Below are positions 55,128 through 64,000 of a stretch of 64,000 bases of DNA, piece after piece. The DNA comes from an uncultured Candidatus Saccharimonas sp. GTDB lineage: Bacteria; Patescibacteriota; Saccharimonadia; Saccharimonadales; Saccharimonadaceae. The notes under the pieces were generated by a model. The model was not told where the DNA came from, searched no databases, and was given only the letters and a program-made list of their open reading frames with translations. The DNA lies in assembly GCA_964513425.1 (NCBI GenBank), contig CAZEME010000001.1, positions 3,062-67,061 of the forward strand, written 5' to 3'. The position numbers were made by a program, and so were the translations under genes. The first letter of the stretch is position 1, and every line of letters starts with the position of its first letter.

Positions 55128-55481
55128 TTAGAAAACCAATCCTTCCTTGCGAGCAGCTTCAGCTAAAGCACTCAATCTATTAGCATATTGTCGTCCATTA
55201 CGATCAAACACTACCGTCTTTATTTTTAACTTGGTAGCTTTTTTACCAATATCACTACCTATGAAACGAGCTTTTTCGGTTATACAACCAACTATCTTAC
55301 TACCAACAGTTGTGCTATAGGCTAGAGTAACACTCTTTGAGTCGTCAATTATTTGAGCGCTAACATGGGTATTACTAATTGAAACGCTTAACCTTGGTCT
55401 TTCACTTGTTCCGAAAACTTTTGCCCTGACTCTCTTCTTGCGAATATTATGGTTAGCAATTTTTTTGATCAAATTTGACAT
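55128..55481 (-). CDS. rplR: 50S ribosomal protein L18
   Basis: 117 aa, spc operon order. Confidence 0.95.
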   Translation of the reverse strand: MSNLIKKIANHNIRKKRVRAKVFGTSERPRLSVSISNTHVSAQIIDDSKSVTLAYSTTVGSKIVGCITEKARFIGSDIGKKATKLKIKTVVFDRNGRQYANRLSALAEAARKEGLVF

Positions 55482-55483
55482 AA

Positions 55484-56017
55484 TTATTTACCTGCCTTTC
55501 CAGCTTTATGACGTAAAACTTCATCAGCATATTTTATACCTTTGCCTTTATAAGGCTCAGGTTTTTTAAGTGATCTAATTTCAGCAGCTGACTGTCCGAC
55601 TAGCTGTTTATCTATACCAGATACTATGATATTCATTTTATCTACTTTTAAGGTTATTCCATCTTTGGCTTTATACTTTATAGGATGAGAAAAGCCCAGT
55701 GACATATCTAGTTCATTATTATTACAATTAACCCTAAAGCCCACGCCATTAACTTCTAATACTTTTTCATAACCTTTAGTTACACCGATAATAGCATTAT
55801 TAATTAAGGTTCTTTGTAGACCGTGTTGTGATTTAGCTAAAAATTCCTCATTGTCCCTAGTAACGATTATTTGTCCGTCTTCAGCTTTAGTATCAACATT
55901 GTTTAAATGGGGAACTGTTAATTCACCTTTAGGGCCTTTAACAATTATGTCATTTAAGTCAATCGTGATTGTCACGCCTTCAGGAATCTCAATTGGTAGT
56001 TTTCCGATTCGACTCAT
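55484..56017 (-). CDS. rplF: 50S ribosomal protein L6
   Basis: 177 aa with the MSRIGKLPIEIPEGV N terminus. Confidence 0.95.
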   Translation of the reverse strand: MSRIGKLPIEIPEGVTITIDLNDIIVKGPKGELTVPHLNNVDTKAEDGQIIVTRDNEEFLAKSQHGLQRTLINNAIIGVTKGYEKVLEVNGVGFRVNCNNNELDMSLGFSHPIKYKAKDGITLKVDKMNIIVSGIDKQLVGQSAAEIRSLKKPEPYKGKGIKYADEVLRHKAGKAGK

Positions 56018-56038
56018 TATTTATCTCCTTTTATTATC

Positions 56039-56440
56039 TTAATAAACTTTTAGTAATAATTCACCGCCAAGGCGTTGTTTTGTGGCCATATAGCCCGTCA
56101 TAACACCCTTACTGGTACTAACTAGTACTATCCCACGACCATTTTTAATTTTTGGTATTTCATCAGCCCCAACGTAAACCCTTCGACCTGGTTTAGATAG
56201 GCGAGTAATTTCAGTTATATTAGGATTCTCACCTGGTTGATTGATGGTAATAAGTAGAACATCTCTAGGTTTAGAACTTTCTACCTTAACTTCACTTAGA
56301 TATTTAGCTTTTTTTAATTCATTAGCAATAGTCAACTTCAGTTTAGAAGAAGGTATTCGAATTTCATTTTTGCCAACCATACTAGCATTGCGAATGCGGG
56401 TCAATAAGTCAGCAATTGGATCATTAGATTGTAGTGTCAT
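56039..56440 (-). CDS. rpsH: 30S ribosomal protein S8
   Basis: 133 aa with the DPIADLLTRIRNA motif. Confidence 0.95.
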   Translation of the reverse strand: MTLQSNDPIADLLTRIRNASMVGKNEIRIPSSKLKLTIANELKKAKYLSEVKVESSKPRDVLLITINQPGENPNITEITRLSKPGRRVYVGADEIPKIKNGRGIVLVSTSKGVMTGYMATKQRLGGELLLKVY

Positions 56441-56460
56441 ATATTATATCCTTACCTTTC

Positions 56461-56730
56461 CTACCAGCTACTCTTTATTATGCCTGGTATTTCGCCTTTT
56501 GAGGCTTTTTCTCTAAAGTTGATACGACTTAGTCCGAACCGTCTCATATAAGCTCTTGGTCTACCATGTATAATGTCACGGTTTTTCCAACGAGTTGGAG
56601 AACTGTTTCTTGGTAGCTTAGCTAATCCCTCTCTGTCACCTATCTCCCTCAGTTCAACTCGTTTAGCGGCATATTTGGTTATCATTTTCTTTCTTTTTTC
56701 GTCTCTTACGACAGCTGATCTCTTAGCCAT
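56461..56730 (-). CDS. rpsN: 30S ribosomal protein S14 (long, Cys-less form)
   Basis: 89 aa ending ...[11 protein letters not shown], with no CxxC pairs. Confidence 0.93.
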   Translation of the reverse strand: MAKRSAVVRDEKRKKMITKYAAKRVELREIGDREGLAKLPRNSSPTRWKNRDIIHGRPRAYMRRFGLSRINFREKASKGEIPGIIKSSW

Positions 56731-57311
56731 TATTTACTCCCTCCGACTTTTTCAAAAGGCATACCAAACTTTTCTAAAAGAGCTTGACTGTTCTTTGGAT
56801 TACCATTTTTTATAACTATAGTAATTTGTAGCCCATGACTAGTCTGAGTCTCTTCAAAGCTTAGTTCTGGGAAGATTGATTGATCAACAATACCAAGATT
56901 AAAATTACCAAATTTATCAAAAGATTTGAGGCTAACACCATGGAAGTCACGAGTTCTTGGTAGTGATACATTGATAAATCTATCTAAGAACTCATACATT
57001 TTAGCGCCTCGAAGATTATTACTGATACCAACTCGATTCATACCAGCTCTAATTTTGAAGGTAGCTATAGATTTTTTAGCAATTCGATCAATTGTAGCCT
57101 GGCCAGTAACTTTCATAATAGTGTTCTTAACTACTTCATAAAAATGTTTATCATCTTTATTCTTACCAATTCCTGCACTGACTACAATTTTTTCTATTTT
57201 TGGCACTTGATGAATATTAGCCAAGTTCAATTCGGCTTGTAGTTCTTTAGCGACTTGTTGGTCGTATAAAGCTTTCAGGCGAGGAGCTGTGTTCTGGTTC
57301 TGTTTTGCCAT
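56730..57311 (-). CDS. rplE: 50S ribosomal protein L5
   Basis: 193 aa, spc operon order. Confidence 0.95.
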   Translation of the reverse strand: MAKQNQNTAPRLKALYDQQVAKELQAELNLANIHQVPKIEKIVVSAGIGKNKDDKHFYEVVKNTIMKVTGQATIDRIAKKSIATFKIRAGMNRVGISNNLRGAKMYEFLDRFINVSLPRTRDFHGVSLKSFDKFGNFNLGIVDQSIFPELSFEETQTSHGLQITIVIKNGNPKNSQALLEKFGMPFEKVGGSK

Positions 57312-57637
57312 TACTTTATCTCCTTATTATTATTTTGACGGGCAACTCTTATTTTTTTACCTTCATTATTGAATTTGAATCCAACCTTACTGATTTTTTC
57401 AGTCTTTTCTTCTATCACTAAAGCAATTTTATGATTGGAAATTGGGATATGGATATCTTTTTGGCCACCTTTTGGATTATGAGCTGACGGTTTGACCTTT
57501 CGGTTGATATGCCCTAAACCTTCTATTAAGACGGCTTTCTGCTTTACTAAAACAGCTTCAACCTTACCAGTCTTACCTTTATTCTTACCACTGATTATTT
57601 TAACTAGATCACCTTTAATTATTTTTTGGCTAGCCAT
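57311..57637 (-). CDS. rplX: 50S ribosomal protein L24
   Basis: 108 aa with a KOW motif (GDLVKIISGKNKGKTGKV). Confidence 0.95.
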   Translation of the reverse strand: MASQKIIKGDLVKIISGKNKGKTGKVEAVLVKQKAVLIEGLGHINRKVKPSAHNPKGGQKDIHIPISNHKIALVIEEKTEKISKVGFKFNNEGKKIRVARQNNNKEIK

Positions 57638-57638
57638 A

Positions 57639-58007
57639 TTATAGGACCTCCGGAGCTAAGCTGATAATTTTTGCATAGCCTAAATCTCTTAATTCTCTTG
57701 GTACCGGTCCAAAGACACGAGTACCTTTCGGCAACTTATCATCACCCACTATAACTGCTGCGTTATCATCGAACTGGATAGTTGAACCATCTTGGCGATG
57801 GATTTGATCCTTAGTCCTGACAACCACAGCTTTAACAACTGATTTTCGTTTAACTATACCAGTTGGAGAAGCTTCCTTAACACTAGCAATAATAAGATCA
57901 CCAACTCGAGCATAATGACGCCTTGTACCACCTAAAACACGGATACAAAGTATTTCTTTTGCTCCAGAGTTGTCGGCTACTTTCAATCTACTTTCTTGTT
58001 GAATCAT
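57639..58007 (-). CDS. rplN: 50S ribosomal protein L14
   Basis: 122 aa with the [18 protein letters not shown] terminus. Confidence 0.96.
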   Translation of the reverse strand: MIQQESRLKVADNSGAKEILCIRVLGGTRRHYARVGDLIIASVKEASPTGIVKRKSVVKAVVVRTKDQIHRQDGSTIQFDDNAAVIVGDDKLPKGTRVFGPVPRELRDLGYAKIISLAPEVL

Positions 58008-58012
58008 ATCTA

Positions 58013-58297
58013 TTATTCCTTAGCTTCCATTACTTCTTCTTTTAATTTAACTATACCGCGTGATTTCTCAATAATTTCTTCAAGCTTGTAAGCTTTTCTC
58101 TTAGAATATGGTCGAGTCTCTGTGATAGCTACTTTATCGCCAATTTTTGCACTATTAGCCTCATCATGCGCCATATATTTCCTAGTAACAGTATATTGCT
58201 TTCTATAAATAGGATGAGTTTTGCGACTAGTAATAGTTACGACAATTGTTTTGTCGGCTTTATCAGATGTAACGATACCTATTAGTGATTTTGACAT
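58013..58297 (-). CDS. rpsQ: 30S ribosomal protein S17
   Basis: 94 aa, S10 operon order. Confidence 0.95.
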   Translation of the reverse strand: MSKSLIGIVTSDKADKTIVVTITSRKTHPIYRKQYTVTRKYMAHDEANSAKIGDKVAITETRPYSKRKAYKLEEIIEKSRGIVKLKEEVMEAKE

Positions 58298-58518
58298 TAT
58301 TTATTCTCCTTATCGGCTAGCTGAGCTAGTCTTAGCTGTGTCTTTAATCGAGCAATTTGTTTACGAAGTTTTATAAGAGCACCGGTATTAGTTAACTCAC
58401 CTTGTCTGTGACTAAGCTTGGTTTCGATCAAGAGAGCTTTCTTGTCAGCCAAATCTTTGTTTAGGTTTTCTATTGAGTCAATATCTTTATCTTTAGAGAT
58501 TTTTTTATTATTAACCAT
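58297..58518 (-). CDS. rpmC: 50S ribosomal protein L29
   Basis: 73 aa, helical, lying between rplP and rpsQ. Confidence 0.92.
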   Translation of the reverse strand: MVNNKKISKDKDIDSIENLNKDLADKKALLIETKLSHRQGELTNTGALIKLRKQIARLKTQLRLAQLADKENK

Positions 58519-58931
58519 TAGATTTGTTCCTTCTTAATAAATTTAGTCTTAACAGGTAGTTTATGAGATGCTAGACGCATAGCCTCTTTGGCTACTTCTT
58601 CATTAACGCCTTTCATTTCAAAGATAACCGTTCCGGCTTTAACTTTAGCTACAAAGAATTCTGGATTACCTTTACCACTACCCATCTTAACATCGAGCGG
58701 TTTGCGAGTAACTGGAGTATGTGGGAAAACTCTAATCCAAATTTTAGCTCCACGTTGGACATGGTGCGTAATAGCTTGCCTGGCAGCTTCTATCTGTCGG
58801 CCAGTCAAACACTCATTATCCTGAGATTGTAAACCATAATCACCAAAAGCTACATAATTTCCTCTTGTAGCTATGCCGGTGTTCTTACCTTTTCGGACTT
58901 TACGATGAGCTGTTTTCTTAGGAATCAACAT
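58518..58931 (-). CDS. rplP: 50S ribosomal protein L16
   Basis: 137 aa with the MLIPKKTAHRK N terminus. Confidence 0.96.
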   Translation of the reverse strand: MLIPKKTAHRKVRKGKNTGIATRGNYVAFGDYGLQSQDNECLTGRQIEAARQAITHHVQRGAKIWIRVFPHTPVTRKPLDVKMGSGKGNPEFFVAKVKAGTVIFEMKGVNEEVAKEAMRLASHKLPVKTKFIKKEQI

Positions 58932-58934
58932 AAA

Positions 58935-59564
58935 CTATAACCTTTCACCTTTATAAATCCAAACTTTAACACCTATAATACCGGCCTGAGTTTTAGCTCT
59001 GCTAGTATGAAAATCAATATCAGCTCTTAAGGTATGTAAGGGGACTGATCCTTCGATATGTTTCTCACGACGAGCCATCTCGGCATTATTTAACCTACCA
59101 GCTACTTGGATCCTAATTCCCTTGGCCCCAGCATTCATAGTGCTTTGAGCAACAGACTTAACGGCTCGACGAAAGTTAACACGATGTTCTAATTGCCTAG
59201 CTATATTTTCTGAAACTAATTTAGCTGATAATTCTGGTCTCTTAATCTCTTCAACATTTAATCGACAAGGTAGACCAGCTATCTTCTCGACAATTGTTTT
59301 GAGCTCAGTAGCACCAGATCCACCCCTACCGATAATGACACCTGCTTTAGCAGTATGAATTGTAATCGTAATTAAATTAGCTGATCTTTCAATTTCAATA
59401 TGATCAATAGTTGGACGACTAGCAAATTTATTCTCGATTAGTTCACGAATTCTAATATCTTCAACTAACCATTTTGAGAAATCTCTTTTACTAGTAAACC
59501 AACGAGAGTTCCAGTTCTTATGTATCTGGAGTCTAAAGCTAATAGGGTTTACTTTTTGTCCCAT
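58935..59564 (-). CDS. rpsC: 30S ribosomal protein S3
   Basis: 209 aa with MGQKVNPISFRL at the N terminus and a KH domain. Confidence 0.96.
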   Translation of the reverse strand: MGQKVNPISFRLQIHKNWNSRWFTSKRDFSKWLVEDIRIRELIENKFASRPTIDHIEIERSANLITITIHTAKAGVIIGRGGSGATELKTIVEKIAGLPCRLNVEEIKRPELSAKLVSENIARQLEHRVNFRRAVKSVAQSTMNAGAKGIRIQVAGRLNNAEMARREKHIEGSVPLHTLRADIDFHTSRAKTQAGIIGVKVWIYKGERL

Positions 59565-59978
59565 TTATTTGCTCTCCTTCTTTATTGGTTTAGCCTGGGC
59601 TTCTTCCTTAGGCGCTACCTTTTTACTTATCTTTTGACTGCCAGTTATCTCAACTAGAATATTAGCTGTTTTCTTCTGGAATGGTAAAGCTCTACCTCGA
59701 CTAGCTGGTTTAAATCGTTTTAGCCTCGTACCAGTAGTAACAGAGATTGTTTTTATGGATAGAGTTTTATTATCTAAATTATAATTATTAACAGCATTGG
59801 CCTTGGCACTTTCAATAGCTTTCTGAACAGCTAGAGAGGCTCTTTTTGGAGTATGCGATAGAATAACCAAAGCATCACTTACAGTACGACCTCTAACTAG
59901 GCTAGCCACCAAAGAAACTTTTCTTGGAGCTTGATTAACTTCTTTAGCATATGACTTAACTATTACTAATTCGGCCAT
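59565..59978 (-). CDS. rplV: 50S ribosomal protein L22
   Basis: 137 aa, S10 operon order. Confidence 0.95.
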   Translation of the reverse strand: MAELVIVKSYAKEVNQAPRKVSLVASLVRGRTVSDALVILSHTPKRASLAVQKAIESAKANAVNNYNLDNKTLSIKTISVTTGTRLKRFKPASRGRALPFQKKTANILVEITGSQKISKKVAPKEEAQAKPIKKESK

Positions 59979-59980
59979 GG

Positions 59981-60244
59981 CTATTTCTCCTTCCCGCCGT
60001 GCTTGCGGAATTTACGAGTAGGACTGAATTCACCTAGTTTATGTCCGACCATATTTTCAGTAATCAGGACTGGAAGATGAACTTTACCATTATGGACAGC
60101 TATAGTTCGACCAACCATTTCTGGGCTAATTGTGCTTTCACGAGCCCAAGTTTTAAGAATTGTTCGATCTTCTTGACCAAGAGCAGCTATTTTCTTAGCT
60201 AGTTTAAAGTCAACATATGGACCTTTTTTTATTGAACGACTCAT
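59981..60244 (-). CDS. rpsS: 30S ribosomal protein S19
   Basis: 87 aa with the [13 protein letters not shown] terminus. Confidence 0.96.
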   Translation of the reverse strand: MSRSIKKGPYVDFKLAKKIAALGQEDRTILKTWARESTISPEMVGRTIAVHNGKVHLPVLITENMVGHKLGEFSPTRKFRKHGGKEK

Positions 60245-60246
60245 AA

Positions 60247-61086
60247 TTATTTCTTCCTCTTCGCATCATGGCGACTTTTTATAATTAACTTGGCAACATC
60301 CTTACGACGCCTAGTTCGATATCCTAAAGCTAACTGGCCCCATGGTGAAACAGGAGGTCTACCAGAGCCATGTCGTCCACCGTCACCACCACCGTGTGGG
60401 TGATCACAAGCATTCATAACAACACCACGGACAGTTGGTCTGATACCTTTTTTCCTTTTTCGACCGGCTGAGCCAATCTTGATGTTTTGGTGCTGTAAAT
60501 TACCGACAACACCAATTGAAGCAGTAGCTTCTTTTCTGAAGCGTCTGACTTCACCAGAAGGTAATCGTACCTGAACATAATCACCTTCTTTAGCCATTAA
60601 TTGAGCTTTAGTGCCAGCCGAACGAACCATTTGTGAGCCCTTACCTGGGGTAATCTCTATAGCATAAATCTGTGAACCAACTGGAATATCTTTTAGAGGC
60701 ATCCTATTACTATCTTCGATGACGACTCCTGAGCCAGTTCTAATAACTTTTCCGATCTGCATAGTTGTATCAGCTATAATATAGTGATAATCGTTATTTT
60801 GATCTTTAACTCGAGCAATTCTAGCACTACGATTTGGATCATATTCAATCTGTTCAACTGTCAATATTAAACCATCTTTTAGATTATGATTAAGAAGTCG
60901 ATAATGTCTTTTAACACCGCCACCACGATGCCTGACAGTTATCCGACCGGTATTATTGCGTCCGGCTTTCTGAGGTTTGCTAGCTAATAGTTTTTTAAGT
61001 GGTTTTTTAGTAGTTATCTCAGAAAAATCTTGAGTAGTCATACCCCGTTGGGCTGGAGTAGTTGGATTATATAATTTTATAGCCAT
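60247..61086 (-). CDS. rplB: 50S ribosomal protein L2
   Basis: 279 aa with the [13 protein letters not shown] motif. Confidence 0.96.
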   Translation of the reverse strand: MAIKLYNPTTPAQRGMTTQDFSEITTKKPLKKLLASKPQKAGRNNTGRITVRHRGGGVKRHYRLLNHNLKDGLILTVEQIEYDPNRSARIARVKDQNNDYHYIIADTTMQIGKVIRTGSGVVIEDSNRMPLKDIPVGSQIYAIEITPGKGSQMVRSAGTKAQLMAKEGDYVQVRLPSGEVRRFRKEATASIGVVGNLQHQNIKIGSAGRKRKKGIRPTVRGVVMNACDHPHGGGDGGRHGSGRPPVSPWGQLALGYRTRRRKDVAKLIIKSRHDAKRKK

Positions 61087-61430
61087 TACTTTTTCTCCTT
61101 AACTAAAGGCTTTTTGACTTCTTCGTCTTTAACAGCTTCATCAAAAACCTTAATGCTGTCACCAGCTTTTAAGGTAGCATAGGCCTTTTTAAAATCTTGT
61201 CGGCTAGCTGTAGCTGGACGATTGTGTTTACCTTTTTGAGCTCTAACTTTCTTACCGAATTGGACTAGAGTCTTAAGGTTAATAACAGTAACATTAAATC
61301 TTTCTTCAATAGCTGCTTTAATTTGTTGACGATTAGCTTTTAAAGGAGTCTTAAAGATATAGATATTGCTTTGAGCTTGTCGGTAAGCCTTCTCAGTTGA
61401 TAGAGGAAATACATTAATTGAGTCTTTCAT
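61086..61430 (-). CDS. rplW: 50S ribosomal protein L23
   Basis: 114 aa, S10 operon order. Confidence 0.93.
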   Translation of the reverse strand: MKDSINVFPLSTEKAYRQAQSNIYIFKTPLKANRQQIKAAIEERFNVTVINLKTLVQFGKKVRAQKGKHNRPATASRQDFKKAYATLKAGDSIKVFDEAVKDEEVKKPLVKEKK

Positions 61431-62060
61431 TTATTTTACCCCTTTCGTCAGCCAATTAGCTATTAAGGAAATTGATTCTTTACAAATTAGAATCTTGTCA
61501 GCATTTAAAACATCAAAAACATTTAGATAAGTTGGTTTAATAACTTTTAATTGTTGAACATTCTTAGTAGCTCTTAAAATTAGATCATCTTTATTATTAA
61601 TAACTAATAAAACACGATCTAGATCATTAACCTTATTACTGGCTAGAACTGACATAGTTTCTTTAACCTTACCGGTTGGACAATCAAAGCTATTAATTAC
61701 AGTAATTCTACCGTCTAGATTAGCGATTGATAAAGCTTGTTTAACAGCTAAACGCTTGCTAGAAGTAGAAATCTTTATAATGTGGTTTTCATTTCCTTGT
61801 GGACCAAAAGCAACTCCACCACCTCGCCAGATAGGATTTCTTGAAGAGCCAAAACGAGCTCGACCAGTTCCTTTTTGGCGCCAAGGTTTTTTGCCACCAC
61901 CTCTGACATCACCACGATCTTTACTATTAGGATGAGCGTTTCGAGCATTAGCTAGATAACGATTATAAGCTAGTTTTAATAACTCGTGATTCTTCACCTC
62001 TAAGCCGAATATATCTTCCGGTAAAATATTCTTTGTTGCCACTTTTTTAACATCAGCCAT
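61431..62060 (-). CDS. rplD: 50S ribosomal protein L4
   Basis: 209 aa with the [16 protein letters not shown] motif. Confidence 0.96.
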   Translation of the reverse strand: MADVKKVATKNILPEDIFGLEVKNHELLKLAYNRYLANARNAHPNSKDRGDVRGGGKKPWRQKGTGRARFGSSRNPIWRGGGVAFGPQGNENHIIKISTSSKRLAVKQALSIANLDGRITVINSFDCPTGKVKETMSVLASNKVNDLDRVLLVINNKDDLILRATKNVQQLKVIKPTYLNVFDVLNADKILICKESISLIANWLTKGVK

Positions 62061-62674
62061 TAGATTTTACCTCCAATAGTAATTAAGCCTTTTTTTGGTC
62101 CTGGGACAGCCCCTCTAACACCAATCAGATTATCTTCTAGATTAATATAAGAAACTATCAGATTCTTAACAGTTACTTGGTCATGCCCCATTCGTCCAGC
62201 CATTCTCTTACCTTTCATAACCTTCTGAGGATACATTGACCCGATTGAACCAACTTTTCTGACGTCACCAAAACCACCATGGGTATGTTTGCTAGTCATA
62301 AAATTATGTCTTTTAACGGTTCCGGCAAAGCCTTTACCTTTACTTGTGCCAGTTACATCGACGACATCACCTAGATTAAAACTAGTGACATCTAATTTAC
62401 TGCCAACTACTAAATCAGTTGATGGCTCATCCAACCTGAACTCTTTAATATGTTTTGGTGTTATTTTGGCTGTCTTAGTGTGTCCAGCCACGGCCTTGCT
62501 CAGATTCTTACCCTCATCATAAGCTACCTGTACTGCATTGTATCCGTCTTTATCGACAGACTTTATCTGAGTTACAGTTACAGGGCCGGCTTTAATAAGT
62601 GTTATTGGAGTCATAACACCATCTTCGCCGATGATTTGGGTCATACCAATTTTGGTACCGATAAGTGCTTTCAT
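62060..62674 (-). CDS. rplC: 50S ribosomal protein L3
   Basis: 204 aa with the KGKGFAGTVKRHNF motif. It is the first gene of this operon here. Confidence 0.96.
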   Translation of the reverse strand: MKALIGTKIGMTQIIGEDGVMTPITLIKAGPVTVTQIKSVDKDGYNAVQVAYDEGKNLSKAVAGHTKTAKITPKHIKEFRLDEPSTDLVVGSKLDVTSFNLGDVVDVTGTSKGKGFAGTVKRHNFMTSKHTHGGFGDVRKVGSIGSMYPQKVMKGKRMAGRMGHDQVTVKNLIVSYINLEDNLIGVRGAVPGPKKGLITIGGKI

Positions 62675-62696
62675 AGCGCTTCTGCTCCCATTTAAA

Positions 62697-62750
62697 ATTC
62701 TTGGTGGAAGGCAGTATCTTTTTAATTAGACTTACCGATTCACCAAGAAT
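62697..62750 (-). promoter_or_regulatory. leader hairpin upstream of rplC
   Basis: A perfect 10-bp inverted repeat, attcttggtg (62697-62706) and caccaagaat (62741-62750), with a 34-nt loop. It lies in the 5' untranslated region of the operon. Confidence 0.35.
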
Positions 62751-62843
62751 TGTTTAATATTTCTATAAGTTACCGTCTGATTTTAACATAGCATCTGTTA
62801 ATAGTCAACAACTAGTCTAGAATATTGTGATATAATTTCTTAT

Positions 62844-63740
62844 ATGTTTAATTTTGAATACAGTAAAAGAAAAAAGCTAAAGAATATTTATAATAAGGCT
62901 CTGATTGTAATTATTGGTCTAGCTATACTTATAGGCACTGGTTATATTACCAGCCAGTATCTAGAGACGAAAAGATTAACTGAAATTATCCTGAAAAAGG
63001 AAGAAGCGGAAAAAACCGAACAAACCAAAGAAGCGGCTAGGCTATTAGCTATTGAACAAAAAAAACAAGAACCAGTTAATATTAATATACCTGGAGCTGA
63101 TACTTTTCAAGCTTTACGTCAAGATTATCTTAAGCCAGACAGTCTTTGGGTATTAGTTAATAAGAATAATCCAATTCCAACCGACTACATCCCAGAAGGC
63201 CTAGCCATACCAGCCGTTGCTACCCAAGCTAATCGTAGCCTAGCTGAACGTTCTACTAGAGCTGACATCGAATCATTTTTGATAGAATTATTTACAGCTG
63301 CTAATAACGATGGCATTAAGATGGAAATACTAAGTGGCTATCGTTCAGCCGCTACTCAAGCAGCTATTTTTAATAATTCAGCTAGAGCTAATGGTGAAGC
63401 TCTAGCTAACCAATACATAGCCAAGCCTGGCCAAAGTGAACATCAAACTGGTCTAGCGGTTGATTTTGCATCTATACCTCAAGTATGTTCCTTAGAGCGT
63501 TGCTTTGAAAACACTATACCAGGTGAATGGTTAAAAAATAATGCTCATAAATATGGTTTTATCTTGCGTTATCCAGCTGGCAAAGAAGATATTACTGGCT
63601 ACCAATATGAACCTTGGCATTTTCGTTATGTCGGCAAAGATCTAGCCAAAGCTATCTATCAGACTAACCTAACCCTAGAAGAGGTCTGGCCTTATCTTGA
63701 AACTGCTCGTAACCAACTAATAGATAATGGGGCTATCTAG
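62844..63740 (+). CDS. D-alanyl-D-alanine carboxypeptidase family protein (peptidase M15B / VanY-like) with N-terminal TM anchor
   Basis: 298 aa. It has the motifs SGYRS, GQSEHQTGLAVD and EPWHFRYVG. Confidence 0.85.
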   Translation: MFNFEYSKRKKLKNIYNKALIVIIGLAILIGTGYITSQYLETKRLTEIILKKEEAEKTEQTKEAARLLAIEQKKQEPVNINIPGADTFQALRQDYLKPDSLWVLVNKNNPIPTDYIPEGLAIPAVATQANRSLAERSTRADIESFLIELFTAANNDGIKMEILSGYRSAATQAAIFNNSARANGEALANQYIAKPGQSEHQTGLAVDFASIPQVCSLERCFENTIPGEWLKNNAHKYGFILRYPAGKEDITGYQYEPWHFRYVGKDLAKAIYQTNLTLEEVWPYLETARNQLIDNGAI

Positions 63741-63808
63741 CTTTTTTATAAAGCTTAAGTTAATATATACTATATAAAGTTGTTATTTAGTAAATTTATG
63801 GGGGAAAT

Positions 63809-64000
63809 ATGCCAGCCAAAGCCAAAAAAATAATTAAAAAGAAAGTAACTAAAATAGCTCCAAAAACAAATAGAGTAGTAAAGAGTCTACAGTCACAAAC
63901 TATGAAATCTTTTAGAATAGTCAAGAATACTGAAAAATTCGTTACATTCAGGTTAACAAGACAGACTCTTTATTGGTTCATACTACTAGTTTATATATTA
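63809..64000 (+). CDS. hypothetical protein, N-terminal fragment (runs off the window)
   Basis: ATG at 63809 lies after GGGGGAAAT. A Lys-rich N terminus is followed by the start of a TM helix (LYWFILLVYIL). Confidence 0.4.
   Translation, partial: MPAKAKKIIKKKVTKIAPKTNRVVKSLQSQTMKSFRIVKNTEKFVTFRLTRQTLYWFILLVYIL

Overview
AT-rich bacterial window with three parts. (1) 1-10.1 kb is an accessory or mobile region. It holds the 3' end of a phage terminase large-subunit gene. It also holds a six-gene, translationally coupled Type I R-M operon: hsdM, orf151, a split hsdS, hsdR and a HEPN/AbiU2-like gene. A divergent large serine recombinase is coupled to a 466-aa protein with a PD-(D/E)xK-like motif. 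The region ends at the 3' end of tRNA-Gln. The hsdS gene is interrupted exactly at an (AG)10 tract, and losing one repeat unit restores a full two-TRD HsdS. (2) 10-48 kb is core housekeeping DNA with interspersed oddities. Housekeeping genes include cysS, recR, ybaB, dnaB, dnaX, rplKAJL-nusG-secE, trpS, holB, rluD-like, four tRNAs and a GT/GH57/GH15 alpha-glucan cluster. The oddities are a heliorhodopsin, a P-type ATPase, two tandem orphan histidine kinases, an uncharacterised small-gene cassette next to tRNA-Trp, and a promoter-to-terminator ~345-nt GC-rich structured RNA that I cannot classify. (3) 48-62.7 kb is the S10-spc-alpha ribosomal protein superoperon on the minus strand. It lacks rpmD (L30), adk, map and an upstream rpsJ. 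Missing L30, Cys-less L36/L33/S14 and N-terminally extended r-proteins suggest a CPR/Patescibacteria (Saccharibacteria-like) genome using the standard code. That taxonomy is inference only. No CRISPR array or rRNA gene was seen. The best candidates for something new are the Type I R-M-embedded genes with the SSR switch, the recombinase-nuclease pair, the tRNA-Trp cassette and the unclassified RNA.
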